From Heterodontus francisci (taxonomy: Eukaryota): a stretch of DNA of 64,000 nucleotides. Below the pieces are notes generated by a model. That model made no database searches. It was given only the letters and a program-made list of their open reading frames with translations, and had not been told where the DNA came from. Within the stretch, counting starts at the first letter, position 1. The number at the start of each line of letters is the position of its first letter. This document shows positions 49,931-63,552 of this stretch, one piece after another. The stretch spans positions 24,156,283 to 24,220,282 of the forward strand of contig NC_090396.1 of NCBI RefSeq assembly GCF_036365525.1, in the 5' to 3' direction. Position numbers and translations under genes: made by a program.

Positions 49931-50519
49931 ATGGCGTAGACTGTCGACCACTGTAAACAGGCAAGCAGCAGTGGAAAGGCTGGTGGAGATCTTGTGCACC
50001 CGTTTGTTTGCCTGAACTAGCTTTTATGGGACCTTTTAAATGGTCACCCCACACCACTACTCAGACACAGGAGGGAGACTGTTTAGCTTTGCCAATGGAA
50101 GTCCTTTGCCTGCTGTGGGATGGTGGCCACCAAGCCCCAAGGCAACTTTAACAGAGAGGTGGTTGGAGTGTGCTGCGGACCTGTCAGTCCCATGTCTCCA
50201 AGGCGTGAAGAGGCTGAACCACCGATCCTTAAAGTGGGGGGTAGGGGAGGGGGTGCTTCCCCAGAAAAAGGTAAATTTATTTTTTGTTTAAGAACTTTTT
50301 TGTGAGGCCAAGAGGAACAGGAGTGCTCCACTGAGCCTCACCCGAAAATCTTCTGGACTGTAGCGGAAAGGTGGGAGGCACTTCAAAGAAAGCGGAAGTG
50401 GGCACAGCTGCTTGATGTCAGCAGCAACCTCTTTTCGGCAGGGAGTAAATGCAGTTTCCTACATTAAGGATAATTTCTAGGCCATTATTTGTCATGCATT
50501 CCACAATACATGTTTGACA

Positions 50520-51335
50520 GAAGACTATGTTTGCTGACAACACAACCACTAGATGGCGCAGTACTTGCACATGTGCAAATGCAGCCATACACTGGAACGT
50601 CATTGTCTGCGACGTTTTTGGCAGCTGCCAGTAGTAATGATGGCGCTGCTCAATTTATCACAAAAACGAAAACAAATTAAACCCAAATGGCCACAGTGGC
50701 TGTGATCACCGCCGACATCCCACCCCCAGCAGTACCCCGCTACCACCTGCCATCATCTTCTCTTCGCCGCTGCCTTCTGTGCCCATCTGCTCATCACTTA
50801 CTCCCCACCTCGCCACTTTTTCCCCTTCGGCCACTCGCTCCCCCCTTCACAACCCCCTCTGCCCACCACCTGTGGTTCCTCACTCCCGGCCTCGCCGCTT
50901 CCTGCCCTCTGCTCTGCCGCTGCTGTCTGCTCCCTCCCGCTTCTGCTCCCTGTTCCCTCCTGCTTCTGCTCCCTGTTCCCTCCTGCTTGCAGTCTCCCTA
51001 CCCTCCCTATCTTGTCACACTCTGTCTCCCCAACTTCCCCCTGATCGCGGGAGGGAGCGGGGAGCAGAGGCAGAGCAGAGGGTAGGAAGCAGCGAGGCTG
51101 CGAGTGAGTGGTCCAAAGCTAAGTTAGGGGGTGGGGGGTGAAGCGGGGAGTAAGCGGCTGAGGTGGCAGAAGTGGCGAGGCGTGGACCGAGTGGCGAGCA
51201 TGCACGAATAAGTCCTGGCAAGCCGGGTGCTGATGTAGGCTGCGCACACGCAGCACCATACTGACAGCAAGGGTCCATTCTGTGCATGTGCAAAGCTGGG
51301 AATGCTCTGATGACATTGGCGCTTTGTTAACGGAA
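50520..51335. mobile_element. Unclassified element copy 2 (inverted relative to 4075-5030), with CTCF motif
   Basis: tttgctgacaacacaaccactagatggcgcagtacttgcacatgtgcaaatgcagcc matches the reverse complement of 4966-5022, and the other end is also homologous. Confidence 0.65.
50544..50561 (+). promoter_or_regulatory. CTCF core motif (CCACTAGATGGCGC)
   Basis: aaccactagatggcgcag. Binding is not demonstrated. Confidence 0.5.
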
Positions 51336-51699
51336 TGGTAAATGCTTTCTACTGATGGACTGAAGGGTCTATTATTAGGGTGGCGATTTTTCTAACCTCA
51401 GTCTGCAATTCTGTTTGATGTTTTACATCTCTTATGTGGCTATTGCTGTAAATCATGATTCAGCCAGGTTTTATTACAGCCAACAGACTTAAGTCAATAC
51501 ATTTTATCTCACTTTTTTTCAATTTATGAGGAAATTTGTATTATTTAATAGGTTTAAGCTTTAGTGGGAGCATTGATTCATCATGAAGCAATACAAATGA
51601 TCTTTTCTGATGCAGCTGTGTAGTGAATTAGCATTGTATGATAAAAATGCATTGAATCACTTGAGGAAAGGCGGCGTTTACAGTGTATTTATGGATGCA

Positions 51700-52030
51700 A
51701 TATATTCATTCTTGGGATGTGGGCATCACCAGTTGCCCTGGATACAACTGAATGGCTTGCCAGGCCATTTCAGAGGGCAACTGTTGGCATGGAGAAGCAG
51801 ACTAGGTAAGGACTGCAGGTTTCCTTCCCCAAAGGGCGTTAGTGAACTAGCTGGGGGATTTTACAACAATCCAACAGCTTCATGGTCACGTATACTGATA
51901 TCTTTAACTCCAGGTATTTATTTTAATCTGAATTTAAAGTTTCAAGCTGCCATGGTGGGATTTGAACTCATGTTAGCATTATTACTCATCCAGGCCTCCG
52001 GGTACAGTACCATAACCATCATACTACTGA
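51700..52030 (-). mobile_element. SINE family B copy
   Basis: Reverse complement of the SINE-B body (ggccatttcagagggca..ggtaaggactgcaggtttccttccc). Confidence 0.75.
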
Positions 52031-52402
52031 ACCTCGTCTGTTTGTGTATGAAATGATTCATATATCATCTGTCACAATCTGAGTCACCTTCTAGATCACT
52101 GCGTTAATGAAAGCAGCATTCACAGGACAAAAGAATGCAAAGCTGGTAGAAAGTTCCAGAAACAACAAGAACTGCAGATAGCAGGAAGATGGTTTTCCCT
52201 TCTGGGTATGAAATTGGAACAGGCAACAAGGAGGAAGTAGGGTGAAAAAAAAATCACTGATCAATAAAAATGATAATAAGGGCCCTGAAGATCCATAAGA
52301 CAATGTGTATAAAATCAACCCCTGTCACTTTTACAGCAATCTGGTCTTCAGAAATGATTGACAATTATCCAATCATCCCCATTCTGGTGGGACTTGTGCC
52401 AC

Positions 52403-53345
52403 TGGGCGGAATCCTCCTGGTCCTGCCAAGGTGGGCTTGAAGATAATCGGGAAGAAATTCCGAAATGAGGCAGACGGGTTGGCAGGCCGGGAGGTTTTGC
52501 CTTTGGCCGATCTTGCTGGAGGCAGGGTGAAGCTGGCACTGGCTACTTGTCTGACAGCAGTGGGTAGGCAATTTGAATATGTGAGTGCCCAATTGTGGGC
52601 AGATTTGGGACGCTGCCAGGATCTTCCTGGTGACGGATGGGCCCCCTTGCTGAGGCCAAAGCCTGGCAGGTGCCTGGAGGTGTCTTGCTGGCAGCTGGCC
52701 TGGTGGGCCCATGAGGCCTCCTGCATTCACCTACCCCCAACCCCCCAATGGGGCAGCAGGGATCAGTGGGCCACAGTTGCAGTTGCAGGCCATCCTGCTG
52801 GGGGGTTGGGAGAGTGGGGGGGGTGGAGGGGTGGTGGCAGCAGGGGTGTCTCCTCCACAGGGGTGGCTTGGCAGCTGTGGCCACAGTTTAAAAAAGCAGA
52901 AACCTCTTCAGAGGGCGTTTCAAGATGCAGGCACCCTGGCAGTCCCCCCTCCTCTAGAGGCAGTGCTCCCCATTGCCTGTGGGGCTGCAGTGCTTCCAAG
53001 GCTGCAGGCCCTCAGATTGGGACTGCAGCCTCAGCGACCCGCTCGCCGTCCTTAAGATGGCAGACGCAAAGGCAGCCTTGTAATTGTCCACCTCCAGGAA
53101 GATTTTGCAGGCAGGCGCACTGCTTGCAAGTGTGGGATTGGGACTCACTATATGCAACCTAAAATAAGGCGGAGGCAGGCGCAGGTGGAGGTGTGGTGCT
53201 GGTGAGGTGCATGGGAAACCCCTCCCCCATTATTGGGCAGACCCCGGATTTTCCAGCTACATGGGGCATATTGGCATCACAGCTGTGCCCACAGTGGTGT
53301 TCGTGCTTGCCAACTTGGTGAAAATCGGATTCCTCCCACAGATCT
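52403..53345. mobile_element. GC-rich Harbinger-like non-autonomous element
   Basis: Starts gggcggaatcctc and is a GC island like the other MITEs. The right boundary is uncertain. Confidence 0.45.
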
Positions 53346-54059
53346 TGCAGCGTCTGTTGGGTGTAATCCTGATGGAACCAGTGGCACTATGTCCCACTTT
53401 TCAGAGCCAAACTATTTATTCAGTCATGTCAAATTCCACCATTAAATAAGTATGTAATTTGTGTTTCATAAGTGAAAGGCAACTAATTTTGTTCTGCCAC
53501 TACTGACATTAAAACAAATGTAGAATACCAACAACAAATAATGTTATTTAAATTAAGTAAAATAAAACAGCAGCTATTACTACTGCAACGACAATCCAAG
53601 TAAAATTTGAACCATTAATATGTGTTCTTGAAGAATTGGATACATTTTAAAGATAAAAATGTTTCAAAAACTACAAAAGAGAATGGAACTCATGTTAAGC
53701 GATATTGTGCAAATATTTAGCACATTCGTATCACCTTCCTCTGACATTTTATTGGAATTGTTCACTCCCTTATTTGGTAAAGAAAAATCTGCAGTTTGTT
53801 GGCAGGCCCAGTCACTTGAAAGTTCCTCACAGAATGGTCCGAAGCCCAGTTTTGAGAAAGTCGTCAGGGGGAGTTTTAACTCTCCCTGACTGGTAGGAAC
53901 GGAGTGCTGGAGGAGTTAAAATGGAGCAGCTCCTTTTGGTGCTCTGTACCCACCAATTCCCCATTTTAAGAGTGTTGCATTTGGTGATACTGCAACTTCA
54001 GAGGGCGCATTTGCTGCCCATGCCCAGTTGCAGCACCTACATTAATGCTATAGCCTACA

Positions 54060-54272
54060 TACCTTAATATACCACAAACTACATACTATGCTTAATCTCC
54101 AATAATAGTCTCTCCCCATCCCCATTACATTTACTATGTCTAATCCTTATTAATCTATATTCCACTATGCCATAACATACTATACTGAATACTCATTAAT
54201 TTACTTTCCACTATATCATTACATTCTATTCTTAATCCTCATAAACCTATAATCAACATTATCCATTTCATA
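54060..54272 (+). repeat. Decayed G-poor tandem repeat with a ~46-bp unit
   Basis: Recurring ccactat..cattacat(a/t)ctat..ttaatcct..attaat units. Confidence 0.55.
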
Positions 54273-54274
54273 TT

Positions 54275-55129
54275 TGTTACGGCCATGTGGTGAGAGGTGT
54301 GGGCGGTCCCCATTCTTCAACTCCCACCTCACCACAGCAAGTGTTTTTGTTACTAGGGTTTTAACCCCTCTGTATTTTATTTGTCAAATAAACAGTCAGC
54401 GACAGGCTTTCTTGTTCGATTAAAACAGAAGATTAACTATTTATTGAGCAAATATTAATTCCCGAAATGGTTGTAACCACACCAACACGCAGATTCACTT
54501 CCATGCACACACACAAGAGATAGAGAGGGAAAGAAGTAAAGCGCTTGAAGTGAGGTAGGTTTTTGGGGTTCATGGTAAACCTGTTGAATCTTCTCGGAGG
54601 CCAATTTCTTCTTTAAAGTTGCAGGCCTGAGGTATTTGTAGATTTCACTGTTGGTTGAAATTTCAGTCTGAAGACAGGGATCACTTCCAGTTCTCTGCTG
54701 CACAAGCTGAAATGCACAACTCACAGCAGGGCACCTGATTGTATTCCAGCTCCCAGTTGGACAGGCCTTGGTGATGTTTTGTCTTGATTCTTTTTCTCTC
54801 TCTCCAGAGAGCTACTTTTTATGCTAAAAGTTTCTCACATCTTGCTTCTGTTGGGAGACAGAGATCTTCCTCCCTGTGGTGACTGACAATGGACCATGAT
54901 GTGGCTACTTCACTCCTTCTTTGTTTCAGAAGATCCCATTCAATTCAAAACTGTCTCTTGATGGGTTCTGGATGGGTGCAATTGACATCTCTTTGCTTTG
55001 AAATGTATCCTTCTCTCCTTGCCAGACAGTAAGATAGTTTGAATGTACAAGGCCAAGTCTTTTGAACTTCAGTGGCCATTTGAAACCCATTGTCCACTTT
55101 TTAAAAAAGAAAAGTCAATTTTTATAACT
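54275..55129. mobile_element. Probable solo LTR related to 33312-34324
   Basis: Starts tgttacggcc and ends tttataac(t), with a similar internal layout. No clean TSD. Confidence 0.55.
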
Positions 55130-55149
55130 CTTCAGGTTGAGTTCTTGTA

Positions 55150-55417
55150 TTTTTATTTTATTTTGTTCCATCTTTTTTACAATGTGCCTGCCTACTTTTT
55201 TTCATGTTTGTGCTTTTGGCTAGGGCTGCTCATTATTCTGTCATTAACATTCTCTCTGCACTAATGCTTTGTCTTTCATTACACCATTAGCACACTCTCC
55301 TTGCCTTTGTCCCATGACCTTGTCAGTTAATCACTCCGGCCCTCTGTCCAATCACACATCTTCCCTTTTGTTCTCTTCCCCATCCCCACTTTACTTGTTT
55401 AAAACCTATTACATTTC
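55150..55417 (+). mobile_element. Penelope-like 3' fragment truncated by LINE-B
   Basis: Similar to 41380-41530 (cttcccttttgt..cttgtttaaaacc). Confidence 0.5.
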
Positions 55418-56667
55418 CCACCTCTGGAGTTCAGCTCTTTTGTCCATGTTTGGACAAAGGCTGTAATGAGGTCAGGAGTTGAATGGTCCTGGCAGAATGC
55501 AAACTGAGTATCACTGACCAGGTTATTGCTGAGCAAGTGCAGTTTGATAGCACTGTCGGTGACTCCTTCCATCACTTTGCTGATGATTGAGAGTATACGG
55601 ACAGGGCAGTAATTGGCCGGGTTGGATTCGTCCTGCTTTTTGCGTACAGAACATACTTGGGCAATTTTCCATATTGCCGGGTAGATGCAGGTGTTGTAGG
55701 TGTACTGGAACATCTTGGCTAGGGGTGCGGCTAGTTCTGGAGCACAAAGTCTTCAGTAGTAGTGCTGGAATGTTGTCAGGGCCCATAGCCTTTGCAGTAT
55801 CCAGTGCCTTCAGCCATTTCTTGATATCACATGGAGTGAATCAGATTGGCTGAAGACTGGCATTTGTGATGCTGGGAATCTCAGGAGGAGGCCAAGATGA
55901 ATCATCCACTTGGCACTTCTGGCTGAAGATGGATGCAAATGCCTTTGCCTTGTCTTTTGCACTGATGTTCTGGGCTCTCCCATCATTGAGGATGGGGATA
56001 TTTTTGGAGCCTCCTCCTCCTGTTAGTTGTTTAATTGTCCACCACCATTCACGACTGAATGTGGCAGGACTGCAGAGCTTAGATCTGATCCGTTGGTTGT
56101 GAGATCGCTTAGCCCTGTCTATCACATGCTGCTTGGCACGCAAGTATTCCTGTGTTGTAGCTTCACCAGGCTGACACCTCATTTTGAGGTATGCCTGGTA
56201 CGGCTCCTGGCATGCCCTCCTGCACTCTTCATTGAACCAGGGTTGATGCCCTGGCTTGATGGTCATGGTAGAGTCAGAGATATGCTGGGCCATGAGGTTA
56301 CAGATTGTGGTTGAATACAATTCTGCTACTGCTGATGGCCCGCAGTGCCTCATGGATTCCCAGTTTTGAGTTGCTACATCTGTTTTAAATCTATCCCATT
56401 TAGCATAGTGGTAGTGCCACACAACACAATGGTGGGTATCCTCAGTGTGAAGACTGGACTTGGTCTCCACAAGTTCTGTGCGGTGGTCACACCTGCTAAT
56501 ACTGTCTTGGACAGATGATCTGCGACAGGTAGATTGGTGAGGACAAGGTCAAGTATGTTTTTCCCTCTTGTTGGTTCCCTCACCACCTGCCGCAGATCCA
56601 GTCTAGCAGCTCTGTCCTTTAGGACTCGGCCAGCTTGGTCAGTAGTGGTGCTACCGAGCCACTCTTG
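55418..56667 (-). mobile_element. LINE-B internal fragment (end of EN, linker, start of RT)
   Basis: LRQVVREPTRGKNILDLVLTN, PWFNEECRRAC, GPDNIPA and NPANYCPVRILSIISKVMEG. Confidence 0.9.
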
Positions 56668-57378
56668 GCCTGACCCCAAACTACCTCCAACCTGTCCACT
56701 TCCAGTTTTAATGGACATGGGACGGGTGGCGGCCAACCTGTGTGCCTCATTCTTAACATCTTTCAGGTTTAACTCTGGCTGGTTTATTTTCGCAGCCCAG
56801 GAGACCTGGCAGCTAAAGGTAAAGCTAAAGGACTGCTTCAGGGAGAAGATAAGTGCCTTTACAGCACTGCTTGTGGGCCAGGAGGAACGGGAGTGCTTCC
56901 TTCTCACACCCCCATGCTTACCATCTTCCCTACCTACCATCAGACCCCCTTACACCTGAGACTCAAAGATGCCCGCTGTGATCAGACCCCCTCCAACCCA
57001 GGGATTGGAAATTGGACCCCCCCCCCCCCATCCCTGGGATTGCAGATCAGAGCACTCCCACCTCTGGGATTGGTGACCAGCAAACCCCACCCCCCCCCCC
57101 CCCCACAAAGATCTGGACCCTCCTCCATTCTATCATTAACCCAGCTGCAGGTTCCCTATCTGCTCTTGGCCTTCAGCCTCTTCCAGTGCGTACCCTACCT
57201 GACAGGGAGCAAAGCCTATTAATGCAGGCAGGGAACCTGCTTGAAATAAATGGCACATGGTGTGATATTGAAACTACACTGCGTGCGGGGAAACCTGGAT
57301 CCAGACCTCTGAGTTACCCAGGCACAACCCCTCTCCTGCCACCGCTCACAAAACCCACTCCAATAAATATCAGTGCCA
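56668..57378. mobile_element. GC-rich Harbinger-like element remnant
   Basis: Internal motifs shared with 49990-50360 (gggccaggaggaacgggagtgct) and C-runs. Confidence 0.4.
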
Positions 57379-57967
57379 TTGTTTATAAGTGAATCTGCCT
57401 CAGAATGCACCGGATCACCTCATTTTACACAAAAATTCCCAAATTTGTTCTGAAGGTGAATGATGTGGTTCTGTAAAATTGTCGCCTACTTTTTAATTTC
57501 AGGATGGAGGATGCCTCAGAATAGCTCTGCTGTGGACCTCCAAACATCATGAGCTGCCTTGACTTTGGCCTTCTTTCAGAGGGCTATTGGTTTGTGAATG
57601 TGTTTGTCTCCCAGAAGAACAATAGAAACACACAATTATGTAAAAGTAGCATTCAAAACCGAGCACAACAGATGTCCAATTGTTGAATGTAGTTATTTCA
57701 GTTGGGCTAATGAGGTTTTGAACTATAAACATAAAACAGAAAGCTTATGCCAAACGTAGAGCTCCAGATGGCCCTCCTTCTTAATAATTTTATGTCCAGT
57801 ACCAGATACAGATGGTGACTTAGTTGGAGATCACTTTGGCTTGGGTTTAGGAGCAGGCTATTCTTCTTACTGGCATTTCCATACTCCACCTCCTGCCAAA
57901 ATCCTCTGGAAATGTCCATGTCCATAGAGATCCAAATGGTGAATAGCAAAATTTTGTGCACAAACTT

Positions 57968-59350
57968 ATAGAATCATAGAATTATGGAATGGTTACAGCA
58001 CAGAAGGGGGTCATTCAACCTGCTGAGCCTGTGCCAGCTCTCTGCAAGAGCAATTTAGTTTGTCCCACTTCCCTGCCCTTTTCCCATAGCCCTGTAAATT
58101 CTTTCTCTTCAGGTGCTAATCCAATTCCCTTTTGAAAGCCACAATTGAATTTGCCTCCACTACCCTTTTTGGTAGTGCGTTCCAGGTGCTAACCACTTGC
58201 TGCATAAAAACGTTTTTCCTTGTATCACCTTTGGTTCTTTTGCCAATCACCTTAAATCTGTGTCCTCTTGTTCTTGACCCTTCCACCAATGGGAACAGTT
58301 TTTCTCAAACTACTCTGTCTAGACGGCTCATGATTTTGAACACCTCTATTAAATTTCCTCTCATCCCTTTCTTCTCTAAGGAAAACAACCCCAGCTTTTC
58401 CAATCTATTCACATAAATGAACTCCCTCCTCCCTGAAACAATTCTCATAAATCTTTCCTGCACCCTTTCCTGCAGTACAACAGTGACTACGCTTCAAAAA
58501 GTACTTCAATGGCTGTAAAGCACTGGGAGATGTCCGGTGTTCATGAAAAGCACTATATAAATGCGAGTCTTTTTTTTCCCCTCTCTGAAGTCTTCATATC
58601 CTTCCTCTTTCTCAACCTTCCCTGCCACCTTCAATGATTTCTGCATATATACCCCCAGGACTCTGTTCCTGCAGCCCCTTTAGAATTGCATCCTCTATTT
58701 TATATTGCCTCTCCTCACTCTTACTACCAAAATGTACCTTCTGGACGTCCTCCACCAGGATCTCCAGTGCCACATCTGAGAATCTTTGCACCCTCTTCTC
58801 GGTCCATGAGCCATTCTGGAACATGCAGCTGTGCCAACCAGAGCATTCCACATGGAAGTGGGTGTGAGGAACTTTACATAAACTGCTCCACGAAAATTGC
58901 ATTTAATCAGCAATTGAGTGCTAAATCTGCAGGTTTAGTATCCCCAGACAAGTTCAGATTATGGTGATCAGCAGTCACACTTCTCTGCGTAAATTTCATC
59001 TGCCATGTGTTTTCCCATTCCACCAGCCTATGTCCTCTTGAAGTCTATCACTATCCTTCTCACAGTTAACAGTACTTCTAGGTTTTGTGTCATCTGCAAA
59101 TTTTGAAATTGTGTCCCGTACACCAAGTCCAGATCATTAATATATATCAGGAAAAGCAGTAATCTTAGTACTGACCCCTGGGGAACCCCTCTGAATACCT
59201 TCCTTCAGTCCAAAAAACAACTGTCCACCACTACTCTCTGTTTCCAGTCATGTAGCCAACTTCAGATCCAGGCTGTCACTGTTCCTTTTATTCCATGGAC
59301 TTCAACTTTGCTGGCAAGCCTGTTATGTGGCACTTTATCAAACGCCTTTA
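57968..59350 (-). mobile_element. CR1 3' fragment with two internal insertions (DeuSINE tail ~58470-58580; Myb-element piece 58737-58973)
   Basis: Tail tagaatcatagaat, with reverse-complement RT motifs (tcatctgcaaa, gacccctggggaacccc, ttatgtggcactttatcaaacgcc). Confidence 0.88.
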
Positions 59351-59461
59351 GACTGCAATCAGTTTTATTCAAATCAAAGTCCTAATGTTGATATAGAATT
59401 ATTTAAGTTTAATTAAAGCCAGTTAATTAAGTTATGCCCCAAGTACCATGCAAGAGGCTGA

Positions 59462-60415
59462 GGGTGTTATTTTGGTGAAGGGGTGAAAACTGTCACGAAA
59501 TGGGTGCTAAATGCTAGTACGACTCGCCTGTTCAAAAGTCTGAATTTAACTCACAATTTTGGCCCTAGTTGCTGATTACCATAATCTGAACTTGCCTGGA
59601 GGTGCTGAACCTGCAGGTTTAGTACTCATTCGCTGATTCGTGGAGCAGTTTATGTAGGTTCCTCACACCCACTTCCACTAAAGAGGTGGAATGCTCTGGT
59701 TGGCACAGCTGCATGTTATGGAATGGAAGAGGTGCAAAGGTTCTCAGATGTGGCACTGGAGGTCCTGGTGGAGGAGGTCCAGAAGAGGAGGGATGACCTG
59801 TGCCCACAGGAGGGAAGCACACCACTTGCCCTCCTGTTCCACTCCACTGCAGCAGTTGGTGCTGCTTTGCCTGGCCTCATGTCCTCCTACCATTCCTTGT
59901 CCAAGGATAACCCTAGCAAGATGCTCATGAGCAAACACTTTGTTTCTTCTGATGAATACTATAAGATGACCAATAAGGTGCGCACAGCGCTTACTCCTTT
60001 CAGTTGAAGTTCTCAGAGAATTTCAGGAATAAATGTCACTGAAAGGTTGCTGAGGTCTTGACAAAGTGGCCCAGAAAGTCTCCTGGTGTGTTTCAGAGGT
60101 CGTCTTCACAACTGCGGCAGTAATGACCATGAAATAGTGAAATCGACATCAATGCTGTGCTTACTCCCAAAAAGCTGATTGCTGTTAGGGGAGGGCATTA
60201 GCTAAAGTCTTAGCCATTGAAATGCTGTGCTCGCAAGCATTTTTAGTGGTAATCAGCTGTTTAACAAGCCTCCGGGTGACCGCTCCTAGAGAGCGTTTCA
60301 ACCCCTTTACCAAAATGGCATAGTAAACATGGGCTAAACCGTTTCAGCTCAAGATCCCATCTTGCCCACCTCAGAGGATTGTCAGTGCCTGAATGCGTTG
60401 TTGAAAATCGGTCCC
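59462..60415 (+). mobile_element. Harbinger-type element with a Myb/SANT remnant
   Basis: Ends gggtgttatttt / aaaatcggtccc, flanked by TGA on both sides. Encodes RFSDVALEVLVEEVQKRRDDLCP at ~59723-59810. Confidence 0.55.
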
Positions 60416-60559
60416 TGAATCTCCCCATTTTATCAGGTTATTTCCATTATGTAAAATCCATTAATCAGAGCAACAGGAAAATATGGATTACAGAAAATGG
60501 AAATTAATGCAAACATAATAAAAGGTATCAGCCTTTACCTATTTATCCTTTAAGTAGAT

Positions 60560-62000
60560 ATGGGGAGATGATAGAAGATTGGAGAGTGGCAAATATGACA
60601 CCCTTATCAAGAAAGGGTATATGGACAGTCCTAGCAACTATAGACCAGTTAGTTTAACATCAATGGTGGGTAAGATTTTAGAAACAATAATCAGGGAAAA
60701 AAATAAACAGACACTTGGAGAGGTTTGAGTTAATTAAGGATAGCCAGCATGGATTTGTAAAACGCCGATCATGCTTGACTAATCTAATTGAATTCTTTGA
60801 TGAAGTAACAGAGAAGGTTGATGAAGGAAATGCGGTGGATGTTGTTTATATGGATTTTAAGAAAACATTTGATAAAGTACCACATAAAAGGCTGGTTAAC
60901 AAAATTGAGGCTCATGGAATAGGATGGTCACAGTCCAATTGGATAAAAAATTGACTTAAGGACAGAAAACAGTGAGTCGTGGTAAATGGTTGTTTTTCAG
61001 ACTGGAGGATGGTAGACAGTGGTGTTTCCCCAAGGGTAAGTGCTAGGACCACTGCTTTTTTGCTATATATAAATGACTTGGATCTTGAAATTCAGAACAG
61101 AATTTCAAAATTTGCCGATGATACCAAACTTGGAGGTGAGGCAAACAGTGAGGATGATACGAATCACCTGCAGCAGGACATAGATTGGCTAGCAGAATGG
61201 GCAGACAAGTGGCAAATAGAATTTAATACGGACAAGTGTGAGGTGATGCATTTTGGCAGAAGGTATAGGGTGAGAAAATATAGACAGAATGGCGTAGTTC
61301 TAAAGAGTGTGCAGGAACAGAGGGACCTGGGGGTGCGTGTGCATCGATTTTTGAAGGCGGCAGGACATTTTGAGAGAGTATTTAGGAAAGCATTTGGGAT
61401 CTTGGGCTTCATAAATAGAGGCATAGAGTACAGAAGTAGGGAAGTTATGCTGAACCATTATAAAGCTCTGGTTAGGCCCCAACTGGAGTATTGTGTCTAG
61501 TTCTGGTTACCACACTTTAGGAAGGATGTGAGGATCTTTGAGAGGGTGCAGAGGAGATTTACCAGAATGGTTCCAGGGATGAGGGATTTTAGTTACAAAG
61601 TTAGATTGGAAAAGCTGGGGTTGTTCTCCCTGGAGCAATGGAGATTGAGGGGAGATTTGATGGAAGTGTACATGATTATGACTGGCTTAGTTAGACAAGG
61701 AAAAACTGATGGTACAAGGACTAGGGGACACAGATTGAAGGTTTTGGGCAAGAGATGCAGGGGGATGTGAGGAGGAACATTTTTACGTCGCGAGTAGTAA
61801 TGACCTGGAACTTGCTGCCCACAAAGGTGCTGGAAGCAGAGACAATCAATGATTTCAAAAGGAAATTGGGTGGGCACTTGAAGGAAATAAACTTGCAAGG
61901 CTATGGCGATCGAGCAGGAGAGTGGGACTGACTGGATTGCTCTGCGGAGAGCCCACATTGACTCAATAGGCTGAATGCCCTCTTTCTCTACTGTAAATGA
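60560..62000 (+). mobile_element. CR1 LINE ORF2 RT and 3' UTR, disrupted
   Basis: [29 protein letters not shown] and YKALVRPQLEYCV. Confidence 0.93.
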
Positions 62001-62149
62001 CTCAAAGTGAGACACTGGCCACCAGTATATTCACCACCATTGTCTTTTACTGCAATGAATGCATTCCCAATGGTTCACCCTCAGAATTCCAAAAGAAGTT
62101 GATGGGACTAATTCAGTATCCTCTTTAGGATGGGAAGAACGTGGGAACT

Positions 62150-62380
62150 GGAAGACTTGTGACCTAATCTTTGGTTAGAATGTGGAACTCACTACCTCAT
62201 TGAATAGTTGAGGTGGACAGCATGGATGCATTTAGGCTAAGCTAGACTAACACACGAGGGTGAAAGAAATAGAAGGCAGGATTAGATGAAGTAAGGTGCT
62301 CTTGTGGAGCAGAAGAACTGGCATGGACCAGTTGGACTGAATGGCTTGTTTCTGTGCTGTAAACCCTATGTAATTCTAGG
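62150..62380 (+). mobile_element. Old CR1 3' end
   Basis: ggttagaatgtggaactcactacc..ggactgaatggcttgtttctgtgctgtaa; similar to 23120-23315. Confidence 0.7.
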
Positions 62381-63264
62381 TCAAAACAATCTACTAAGAA
62401 TTCAAAACAAAAATTATATGAAACACACTTAAGGCTCTTTTCCTTAGAACATTTCTTTGTTTGGTCTTTAAAATAAATGCTTAATGTGGTGCATTCGGCT
62501 AATACTGACAATTGCTCTTATTACTCTGTGGAAACTGGGAAAATGAAAAGAAAATGACAAAATGTGCAGCAAGAAGCAAAATAAAGACGATTAATATTTC
62601 ATTATATTCAGCTGATTCGAGTTTCTATTTGGGATTTAATGTTGTGAAGCAGAGTTTGAAGGGCTTTGTGAAGTTTTGGAGCTTAACTTTTAAAACATCT
62701 TACGAGAATGTCTGCTTTATTAAATCTCACCAGTTCCTTTGCCCTCACAATCCTTCAGGGCTGTGCTTTCAACATTTTCTCATTCAGCCAGGAAAACTGG
62801 CAAAGAAAGCTTCAGGGTTCCATCTATTAAATGGAGTTTAGTACACAAGCTATCCTCTGGGAAATTGACAACAATGAATCAGTTCATTACACGTGTTGCA
62901 TGTTGATGATGAAAGTTGCCAAAAGCCTCAGTTCTGGGAATTTGCTGTATTTACCTCATTGGTAGATTAAGTTTTAATGTCGAAGAATGTGTGGTTTGTT
63001 CATGAGTGAGACATTTGCCTGATTTTTGAACTTTCCTCACAAGTCTTCCCTGTTCGAAGTAGATATCAGCAATAGAATATAGAGATTCTGTTCGTAATTT
63101 ATCAAATCCTTGTTAATTGGTGATTAAGCTTATCTTGTGCAAGATGCCCCAGCTTTCAATTTCCTAAATTTTGAGTCGCTAACACACATTTAAAGCCAGG
63201 GTTCCCCCAGTGGAATGAGCTGGAAGCATTCCTTAATGGGCCAGAGGAGCAACCTTGCTATTAT

Positions 63265-63552
63265 GGGGCTCTGTCTGCTCTCTCAGGTGGACGTAAAAGA
63301 TCCCATTGCACTATTTGGAAGGAAAACAGAGAAATTCTCCCCATTGTCCTGGCCAACATTTAACTCTCAACCATGCCATTAAAGACAGATTATCTGATCA
63401 TGCCTCTCACTGCTGTTTGTGGGAGATTGGTGTGTCCAAATTGGCTCTTGTATTTTCCTACATACAGCAGTGCCTACACTTCAAATGTGTTTCATTGGCT
63501 GTAAAATGCTTTGGGATGTCCTGAGGTCGTGAAAGGTGTTGTATAAATGCAT
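63265..63552 (+). mobile_element. Partial DeuSINE
   Basis: ctctcaggtggacgtaaaagatccca..cattggctgtaaaatgctttgggatgtcctgaggtcgtgaaagg. Confidence 0.85.

Noticed and set aside
52431-53162. 243-aa ORF
   Set aside because: It lies in a GC-rich non-autonomous repeat, has no recognisable domain, and several frames are open.
57503-57600. Candidate exon after tttttaatttcag
   Set aside because: All frames hit stops within about 20 codons and there is no convincing donor.
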